From: Okeania sp.
GTDB lineage: Bacteria > Cyanobacteriota > Cyanobacteriia > Cyanobacteriales > Microcoleaceae
DNA: 10,174 nt
Assembly (NCBI RefSeq): GCF_035285525.1
Contig: NZ_JAYKGW010000130.1
Span: forward strand, 1-10,174
Direction of reading: 5' to 3'
Position 1 is the stretch's first letter. Each line of letters begins with the position of its first letter. The notes under the pieces were generated by a model. That model saw nothing but the letters and a program-made list of their open reading frames with translations. It was not told where the DNA came from and made no database searches. Positions 1 through 5,408 of the stretch are shown one piece after another. The translations under genes were made by a program, and so were the position numbers.

Positions 1-215
1 TTATTAACTATAAATAACAAAGGCAAAAAAATTACTTTCCTACTTCCTTTTCAACAGAATAATAATTATTAACTATAAATAACAAAGGCAAAAAAATTAC
101 TTTCCTACTTCCTTTTCAACAGAACAATAATTATTAACTATCAGGAAAGAAGAAGAAAGAAGAATAACAAAGGCAAAAAAATTACTTTCCTACTTCCTTT
201 TCAACAGAACAATAA
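1..215. repeat. 65-bp tandem repeat with 3 copies (1-65, 66-130, 131-215). It abuts the TPR gene stop codon and may continue left of the window.
   Basis: Read directly. Copies 1 and 2 differ by one base. Copy 3 carries TCAGGAAAGAAGAAGAAAGAAGA (141-163) in place of TAA. The whole unit repeats with no unique spacers, and there is no ORF. Confidence 0.9.
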
Positions 216-218
216 CTA

Positions 219-1088
219 TTAATTATTTGGTAAATCTTCTATTTGAGCGAGAGTTTGTTGAATACGAGGAGTTGCCAGAAATACTTTTGCATCCTCTATT
301 AACCGTTTCCCCCACAGATGTTCTTTAAGATAATCAATTTTTGCATAATTGCTATCTAAACGTAATGCTGCTTCTCCCATCGCCAGACTTTGTTCTTTAT
401 CACCTTGAGTGTAGAGAGCTACAGCTAAAGCTAATAGTGGTTCTACTGCTTTACTATCAATAGAGAGAGCTTCACGCCATTTAGCGATCGCCTCATCTAC
501 TTTTCCTATTTCATACTCAACTAGACCAATGTTATTAATTGCAGGCCATAAATTTTGTTCTTGTCGATAAGCTTGTTCATATTGTGCGATCGCTCTTTGA
601 AATTCACCTTGCTTGTAATAAGCATTACCCAGGTCAAATAAAGCTCCGGGGGTGCCAGGTTTAAATTTTAACCCTTCGGTTAATTGCTGGATAGAATTTT
701 TATAATCAGATGTTTGAAAATAAGCTCGACCCAGAACAAATCTAACTTCCGCATTATTTGGGTCTAATTTCTGAGCTTGTTTCAAAGCAGCAATACCTTC
801 TTCTAAGTTTTCAACTTGAAGATAAAGACTACCTAATAGCGCCCAAGCTTGTTGATTATTTGGAGCTAATTCTGTAGCAAGTTCAGCTCTAGCTAAAGCC
901 AAATCAAACTGTTGAAATCTTGCTAATTGTAACGCATCTTCAGTTAAACTTAAACCTGTTTGTTCTAGTTGATCTGAATCTAATTGTAATACATGAGGAA
1001 CTAATGCCTGCCCTAGCATAGGTTTAACGTTAGTACCCCACAGACCTAGGGCAATTAATAAATAAACTAATAAATTTCGATTTAGCAT
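219..1088 (-). CDS. Secreted or periplasmic tetratricopeptide (TPR) repeat protein
   Basis: 289-aa ORF. It has an N-terminal hydrophobic signal-like segment (LLVYLLIALGLWG). This is followed by several 34-aa TPR-type repeats, e.g. ALKQAQKLDPNNAEVRFVLGRAYF and AIAQYEQAYRQEQNLWPAINNIG. Confidence 0.8.
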   Translation of the reverse strand: MLNRNLLVYLLIALGLWGTNVKPMLGQALVPHVLQLDSDQLEQTGLSLTEDALQLARFQQFDLALARAELATELAPNNQQAWALLGSLYLQVENLEEGIAALKQAQKLDPNNAEVRFVLGRAYFQTSDYKNSIQQLTEGLKFKPGTPGALFDLGNAYYKQGEFQRAIAQYEQAYRQEQNLWPAINNIGLVEYEIGKVDEAIAKWREALSIDSKAVEPLLALAVALYTQGDKEQSLAMGEAALRLDSNYAKIDYLKEHLWGKRLIEDAKVFLATPRIQQTLAQIEDLPNN

Positions 1089-1163
1089 AGTAAGCAGAGC
1101 ATATATGATTAAATAGTTTATTTTAAAGCATCTAATCTTATTCTGCTAGCCAAAAAATCTCAC

Positions 1164-1212
1164 ATTTTATAGTATACCTTAAAAGTATACTCATATTCAA
1201 TTTTATAGTATA
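1164..1212. promoter_or_regulatory. Candidate operator/promoter motifs in the divergent TPR-mazG intergenic region
   Basis: 13-nt direct repeat ATTTTATAGTATA at 1164-1176 and 1200-1212. 7-bp inverted repeat AGTATAC (1171-1177) / GTATACT (1185-1191). Each repeat contains the -10-like hexamer TATAGT. No convincing -35 was found. Confidence 0.2.
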
Positions 1213-1225
1213 ACAAAATAGCATA

Positions 1226-2020
1226 ATGAATTCAACATTATCTGCATTACAAGAACTAATAGAAATAGTATCTAAATTACGTTCTCCGGAGGGAGGTTGT
1301 CCGTGGGATTTGGCTCAAACTCCGGAAACTTTAACTCCTTATATTGTGGAAGAAGCTTATGAAGTTGTAGATGCCATTAAAAGTGGAGATAAAAAAGCAA
1401 TAATTGATGAATTAGGAGATTTATTATTACAGGTAGTTTTGCAAGCACAAATAGGGAGTGAAACTAATGATTTTACTTTAGCTGAAGTTGCTGAAAGTAT
1501 TAGTCAAAAAATGATTAGAAGACATCCTCATGTATTTGGAGATGTGAAAGTAAATAGCACTGAAGAAGTTCAACAAAATTGGGAAGAAATTAAGGGAGCA
1601 GAATTAGGAGAAAGTAATGATTTATTGAGTAAAAAATTAAGTAGATATGCTCGCCAGTTACCTCCGCTTATGGCAGCAATGAAAATTTCTAAAAAAGCTG
1701 CTGCTGTTGGTTTTGAATGGGAAAATATTGATGGAGTTTGGGAAAAATTTCACGAAGAATTAGGAGAATTTCAAGAAGCTTTAAATTCAGAAGATCAGGA
1801 ACATCAGGAAGCAGAAATGGGAGATATTTTGTTTGTTTTAGTGCAGTTAGCTCGGTGGTATGATTTAAACCCAGAGCAAGCATTGCAAGGAACAAATCAT
1901 CGATTTTTAAAACGATTTGCTTTATTAGAGTCAATGTGTGATAAACCTATTTCTGAGTATAGTTTGGCAGAATTTGAACAGATGTGGCAGAAGGCAAAAT
2001 TAATAATTAATAATGAATAA
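1226..2020 (+). CDS. mazG: Nucleoside triphosphate pyrophosphohydrolase MazG (tandem MazG domains)
   Basis: 264-aa ORF. First domain shows GGCPWDLAQTPETLTPYIVEEAYEVVDAI, LGDLLLQVV and IRRHPHVFG. Second domain shows EELGEFQEA and EMGDILFVLVQLARW. Confidence 0.9.
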   Translation: MNSTLSALQELIEIVSKLRSPEGGCPWDLAQTPETLTPYIVEEAYEVVDAIKSGDKKAIIDELGDLLLQVVLQAQIGSETNDFTLAEVAESISQKMIRRHPHVFGDVKVNSTEEVQQNWEEIKGAELGESNDLLSKKLSRYARQLPPLMAAMKISKKAAAVGFEWENIDGVWEKFHEELGEFQEALNSEDQEHQEAEMGDILFVLVQLARWYDLNPEQALQGTNHRFLKRFALLESMCDKPISEYSLAEFEQMWQKAKLIINNE

Positions 2021-2069
2021 TTATTAATTGTAATAATACAGCGGATTCTAGGTCTATGTTGTACAAATA

Positions 2070-2346
2070 TTAATATAAAATCTTTGTAGCACAGCCTTCT
2101 AGGCTGTCATAGCTGATAATGAATAATGATTAATATAAAATCTTTGTAGCACAGCCTTCTAGGCTGTCATAGCTGTACCATACTAATAATAAGGACTTAC
2201 GCAAAGGTACTATATATGGTGTGCTAGTGCGCGACGCTACCCTACCGCTAATACACCCTACCAATAGGGTTAATGCGTAAGTCCTGATAATGAATAATGA
2301 TTAATATAAAATCTTTGTAGCACAGCCTTCTAGGCTGTCATAGCTG
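2070..2346. repeat. 46-bp repeat in three copies (2070-2115, 2130-2175, 2301-2346), each with an internal 7-bp hairpin
   Basis: TTAATATAAAATCTTTGTAGCACAGCCTTCTAGGCTGTCATAGCTG is read three times. It contains the hairpin ACAGCCT-TCT-AGGCTGT. Copies 2 and 3 extend to a 63-bp identical block (2115-2177 and 2286-2348). Confidence 0.9.
2192..2285. mobile_element. 94-bp MITE of the AGGACTTACGCA-TIR family, nested inside the larger element
   Basis: Perfect 12-bp TIRs: AGGACTTACGCA at 2192-2203 and TGCGTAAGTCCT at 2274-2285. It separates copies 2 and 3 of the 46/63-bp repeat. No ORF. Confidence 0.7.
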
Positions 2347-2376
2347 TACTTAAGATGGAATCCGCTGTATTACCGA

Positions 2377-2404
2377 TTGCCTATTGTCTATTGCCTATTC
2401 CCGA
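2377..2404. repeat. Heptamer tandem repeat (TTGCCTA TTGTCTA TTGCCTA TTCCCGA), STRR-like
   Basis: Read directly: four consecutive 7-mers. Confidence 0.8.
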
Positions 2405-2440
2405 ATAATATTTCAATCCCGATGTTTCAGCCAGAGGTAC

Positions 2441-2461
2441 TGATAAGTGATAACTGATAAA
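2441..2461. repeat. Heptamer tandem repeat (TGATAAG TGATAAC TGATAAA), STRR-like
   Basis: Read directly. It lies immediately downstream of the hydrolase stop codon on the minus strand. Confidence 0.8.
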
Positions 2462-2466
2462 AACCC

Positions 2467-3306
2467 CTAAAATTTTTGGTTTTGTTGTACTAAATTAATA
2501 AACTCACGGATAATCTTGGCATATTTTTCCCCTGCCACTTCTAATAAATTATTATGACCAGCACCATCCACCCACAAAGAAAGCTTAGGTTGATTAGCCA
2601 TAGCAAAAAGTTCCTGTCCATGAGAAAAAGGAATTACTCTGTCAATATTTCCGTGCATTATCAATACCGGACAATTTACATTTTTAATCTTGTTAATACT
2701 AGGAAATTTGTCAAAAGGATAAATAGGAATCCGCGTCACTACCCGAAAAATACTTGTAAACGAACTTTCTATAATCAAACCAGCCACAGGTTCACGGGAT
2801 GTCAAATCTACTGATGGCCCTCCACCCACCGAACGTCCATAAACAATAATTTGATTTGCAGGTATCCCTAATTTTTGGGTCAAATATTCATAAGCAGCAT
2901 TAATATCTTCATAAGCACCCTTAACTGAAGGCTTTCCTTCACTTGTCCCATACCCCCGATAGTCATAAGCAAATACATTAAACCCAATATCTCGTAAATC
3001 TTGTAACCGGGGCAAAATTTGCCCCAGGTCTTCAGCATTACCATGACTGTAAAGAATTGTATATTTTGCTTTGGGTAATTTGGGAAATGGTAAATAAATT
3101 GCTGTAATTTGGACTTTATTGCCAGAGTCAAGCTTGACAAAATCTGGGTTGTCTTGATAGCTAGATGGACGAGGTAAAAAAATTAATTGGTCTGAGAAAA
3201 AAAGACCATACCAACCAATCACGATATAAATAATTAATGCAGATCTAATTAATATAAAAATAGAAAATTCTCCTACCAGGAGTTCTATAATATTTTTCTT
3301 GTCCAT
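2467..3306 (-). CDS. Membrane-anchored alpha/beta-fold serine hydrolase
   Basis: 279-aa ORF. N-terminal transmembrane segment FSIFILIRSALIIYIVIGWYGLFF. HG oxyanion motif YSHGNAED. Nucleophile elbow G-R-S-V-G (VYGRSVGGG). Candidate Asp in MHGNIDRVIP and His in DGAGHNN. Confidence 0.85.
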   Translation of the reverse strand: MDKKNIIELLVGEFSIFILIRSALIIYIVIGWYGLFFSDQLIFLPRPSSYQDNPDFVKLDSGNKVQITAIYLPFPKLPKAKYTILYSHGNAEDLGQILPRLQDLRDIGFNVFAYDYRGYGTSEGKPSVKGAYEDINAAYEYLTQKLGIPANQIIVYGRSVGGGPSVDLTSREPVAGLIIESSFTSIFRVVTRIPIYPFDKFPSINKIKNVNCPVLIMHGNIDRVIPFSHGQELFAMANQPKLSLWVDGAGHNNLLEVAGEKYAKIIREFINLVQQNQKF

Positions 3307-3412
3307 AAGAAGTGGGTGTTTACCTTATATTATTCTTTACGGAATAATTTTTAATGCAAGTCCAGTCTTAAGCTGACTGGCATAATTCATACTATTGTAG
3401 TGAGGAATATAA

Positions 3413-3811
3413 ATGACACTAGAATTTCCAGATGACCTTAAATACTTGGAAACCCATGAGTATGTAAGGATGGATGGCGAAATTGCCACCATTGGTATTA
3501 CTGCTTTTGCTATTGAACAATTGGGAGATATTGTATTTCTGGAGCTTCCAGAGGAGGGAGACCAAATAGAAAAAGAAGGGTCTTGTGGCAGTATCGAATC
3601 TGTGAAGGCAGTTGAAGACCTAAAAGCTCCTATTACTGGTACGGTAGTAGAGCGTAATGAGGAGATATTAGAAAGTCCAGAGAGGTTATCAGAAGAAGAC
3701 CCATACATAGAGGGTTGGTTGTTGAAAGTTCGTGTTAAAGATTCTGATGAACTAGAGGGAGAAGATGTTTACTCTGCTGACCAATATCGCGAGCTGGTAG
3801 AAGGAGAATAG
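3413..3811 (+). CDS. gcvH: Glycine cleavage system H protein (lipoyl carrier)
   Basis: 132-aa ORF of typical H-protein length. Motifs [32 protein letters not shown], and the lipoyl-lysine motif [11 protein letters not shown] (Lys65 codon AAG at 3605-3607). GAGGAA lies about 9 nt upstream of the ATG. Confidence 0.95.
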   Translation: MTLEFPDDLKYLETHEYVRMDGEIATIGITAFAIEQLGDIVFLELPEEGDQIEKEGSCGSIESVKAVEDLKAPITGTVVERNEEILESPERLSEEDPYIEGWLLKVRVKDSDELEGEDVYSADQYRELVEGE

Positions 3812-3815
3812 AATA

Positions 3816-3836
3816 AATAATTGATAATTGATAATT
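3816..3836. repeat. Heptamer tandem repeat (AATAATT GATAATT GATAATT)
   Basis: Read directly, just after the gcvH stop. Confidence 0.8.
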
Positions 3837-3920
3837 AGGGCTGGCTGATTAAATATAAAAGCACTATTCAATCAAGGTTTTAGCCTTTTTAAGTCCTGAT
3901 TTCTCGGAAACCGTCATTTC

Positions 3921-3944
3921 AGTTATCAGTTATCAGTTATCAGT
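3921..3944. repeat. Heptamer tandem repeat (AGTTATC x3 plus AGT)
   Basis: Read directly. It is the reverse complement of the TGATAAC-type heptamers at 2441-2461 and 9849-9876. Confidence 0.85.
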
Positions 3945-3954
3945 AGAGAGTGAA

Positions 3955-4037
3955 CCTCCGACTAAACTCGGAGGCTTGAAATACTGAGTTAAAATTTTTT
4001 CATCCCCGAACCAGGGGAGGCTTTATACCTCTTTTTT
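3955..4037 (+). terminator. Hairpin cluster downstream of gcvH; the last hairpin is followed by T6 (weak candidate intrinsic terminator)
   Basis: CCTCCGA-CTAAAC-TCGGAGG (3955-3974, perfect 7-bp stem). CCCC-GAACCA-GGGG (4004-4017). GAGG-CTTTATA-CCTC (4017-4031) followed by TTTTTT (4032-4037). The terminal stem is only 4-5 bp. Confidence 0.25.
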
Positions 4038-4366
4038 CGTAAAAGTACCTATTTTTTTGCTCTTGTCGTCTCGAAATGGCAGAGTTTTGGCACTAACAAT
4101 CAGAAAATTTGGCCGTAGCAAATAGTCTAAACTCTTCCCTTGCTTCACTAGCAGACTTCCATACCCAAACCCTAAAGTGTGGGAAGTGTGGCGAGGGCAC
4201 ATGGCCCTTCGCCCATACTAAGCGGCTGTGCGTAAGCTCTGATAAAGTTATAGTTATTTTTTCTTAGTTGAGGAGGCGATCGCCTCCATAAACTTTACTT
4301 TTCCTGTCATAAACTGACTCAGAAGGAGAATTGAATAAACTACAGTTCTTGTTATGAAAGGTTTCT

Positions 4367-4787
4367 TTAAAATTCTAGAAACTGACGAGAAGCATGACGA
4401 ATATGCAAAATATAAACAATTGATTCTGATACTGTCAGGACTTACGCAGATGAACTCAGAAACCGGGTTTCTCGTGGACTTCTATTGCTTAAAACAACGA
4501 TTTGTCCTAGAAACCGGGTTCCTCCCGTGTAAGTCCTAACTGTAAAAAGTATCCGATCAGCTCCACATCCTTTCCCATATAAAAGTTGGCAAATTTCTTG
4601 AGAAGAATCAACATTTTCTGGTGCTAGAGAACAACGCTTTGGACTATTACTTCAGGTATCAATCCCATCCATTAAGACCATCAAATCATTTTTCAGCCTG
4701 TTCTTTCGATAGTTGTTCCATCATCCACAAATACACTTCTTCAACTTCTACTGAAGCATCATCTGCTATTTCAATTTTATATTTTAT
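4367..4787 (-). pseudogene. parE: ParE/RelE-family toxin pseudogene, partner of the adjacent antitoxin, disrupted by stops, a frameshift and a MITE
   Basis: Manual minus-strand translation gives (I)KYKIEIADDASVEVEEVYLWMMEQLSKEQAEK*FDGL. After a 1-nt shift it continues MDGIDT*SNSPKRCSLAPENVDSSQEICQLLYGKGCGADRILFTV. Then comes the MITE, followed by SESIVYILHIRHASRQFLEF*. This is the classic ParE pattern (P.RC.LAPE, EI.QLLYGK, RILF, V.ILHIRH..R). Lesions: ATA where ATG is expected (4785-4787), TGA at 4686-4688 and 4652-4654, a frameshift near 4673, and an insertion at 4436-4538. Confidence 0.8.
4436..4538. mobile_element. 103-bp MITE of the AGGACTTACGCA-TIR family inserted into the parE remnant, with a 5-bp target-site duplication
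   Basis: Ends are CAGGACTTACGCA (4436-4448) and GTGTAAGTCCTA (4527-4538). It is flanked by ACTGT at 4431-4435 and 4539-4543. Removing the element plus one ACTGT restores a continuous ParE reading frame. Internal palindromes AGAAACCGGGTTTCT and AGAAACCGGGTTCCT are present. Confidence 0.8.
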
Positions 4788-5061
4788 ACTTTTGTTTAAT
4801 TTTGGTCAATGTTTCTCTAGCTGGAGATGTGCGTCCTTCTTTTACAGCTTTTAGTCCAGTTTCAATGCCTTTAACAGCTTGAATATAATCAAGCATTTCC
4901 AGCATTTTTTGATATGATTCAGGAGTTTGAACTACTGCTTCTGGTTTGCCGTTAACAGTGAGTATCAGTGGGTGTCCAGTTTGTTTAATTCGCTCTAAAT
5001 ATTCAGCAGTATTGCGCTTGAAATTGGTAAGAGAATCAATGTCTTGAGTTATGTCTAGCAT
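4777..5061 (-). CDS. Type II antitoxin, Phd/YefM family (intact)
   Basis: 94-aa ORF. N-terminal Phd/YefM pattern SLTNFKRNTAEYLERIKQTGHPLILTVNGKPEAVVQTPESYQKMLE. Its stop codon overlaps the start region of the downstream ParE-like frame, the usual antitoxin-toxin operon layout. Confidence 0.85.
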   Translation of the reverse strand: MLDITQDIDSLTNFKRNTAEYLERIKQTGHPLILTVNGKPEAVVQTPESYQKMLEMLDYIQAVKGIETGLKAVKEGRTSPARETLTKIKQKYKI

Positions 5062-5155
5062 CTTTGAAATTTTATTAACAAATACTATTTCACATCATAT
5101 TAGCATTTTTTTAGATGTTTTTTCCAGAAACCGACTTTATCCACGACAATTCCTC

Positions 5156-5246
5156 ATAACTTACGCAGCGACCCTAGATATAGTGCTTAAAACCCCATAC
5201 GCAATAGTTAAAAAACTCTATATCATAGTACATTTCCCTAAGTCCT
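5156..5246. mobile_element. Degenerate 91-bp copy of the same MITE family
   Basis: Left end ATAACTTACGCA (5156-5167) compared with consensus AGGACTTACGCA. Right end CCCTAAGTCCT (5236-5246) compared with TGCGTAAGTCCT. Its length is similar to the 94- and 103-bp copies. Confidence 0.35.
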
Positions 5247-5263
5247 GTTCCTCTTACTCTTCC

Positions 5264-5335
5264 CCACAATCCCCACACTCCTCACACTCCTCACACTCCC
5301 CACACTTCCCACACCTCCTACACCTCCCACACTCC
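5264..5335. repeat. 9-bp tandem repeat, 8 units (consensus CCACACTCC), 73 nt upstream of the gcvP start
   Basis: Units read in register: CCACAATCC CCACACTCC TCACACTCC TCACACTCC CCACACTTC CCACACCTC CTACACCTC CCACACTCC. This array generates the spurious ORF 5051-5425 (SPHSSHSSHSPHFPH...). Confidence 0.9.
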
Positions 5336-5408
5336 TCCTTCCTTGCATTAAGTTATGAATTTTTGTTACAACTTAATGATAAATTGATTTCAAGGAAAAT
5401 ACAGAATA

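Larger units (their letters stand above)
2034..2372. mobile_element. 339-bp composite MITE-like element bounded by perfect 15-bp terminal inverted repeats
   Basis: TAATACAGCGGATTC at 2034-2048 is the exact reverse complement of GAATCCGCTGTATTA at 2358-2372. The interior is non-coding and holds other repeats. It lies between the convergent stops of mazG and the hydrolase gene. Confidence 0.6.

Noticed and set aside
1-215. Possible CRISPR array (also considered for 2070-2346)
   Set aside because: The entire 65-bp period repeats with no unique spacers. In the second locus the spacers are themselves repeats or a MITE. There are no cas genes in the window.
3307-3412. Glycine riboswitch upstream of gcvH (and 5062-5408 upstream of gcvP)
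   Set aside because: I could not find the conserved glycine-aptamer core segments by eye. This cannot be fully excluded without a covariance-model scan (Rfam glycine family).
3337-3708. Antisense or overlapping ORFs inside well-supported genes (3337-3708-, 1689-1934-, 2554-2814+, 2880-3140-, 5568-5810-, 5937-6155-, 6367-6603-, 7572-7787-, 7923-8249-, 8322-8717-, 8350-8616-, 9208-9399-)
   Set aside because: Each lies opposite or out of frame within a gene that has clear family motifs. Their translations are low-complexity or Ser/Ile/Phe-rich, with no recognisable motifs.
3840-4366. tRNA or other known structured RNA gene in the long non-coding stretch after gcvH
   Set aside because: No cloverleaf or other recognisable RNA family architecture was seen by eye, only isolated hairpins and MITE fragments. 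It is left as an unexplained region rather than a called feature.
4354-4854. ORFs 4354-4539 (+, 61 aa) and 4621-4854 (+, 77 aa)
   Set aside because: Both are antisense to the reconstructed parE pseudogene. The first runs through the MITE, so its C-terminal half is MITE-encoded. The nearest SD-like AAGGAG is about 25 nt from its ATG.
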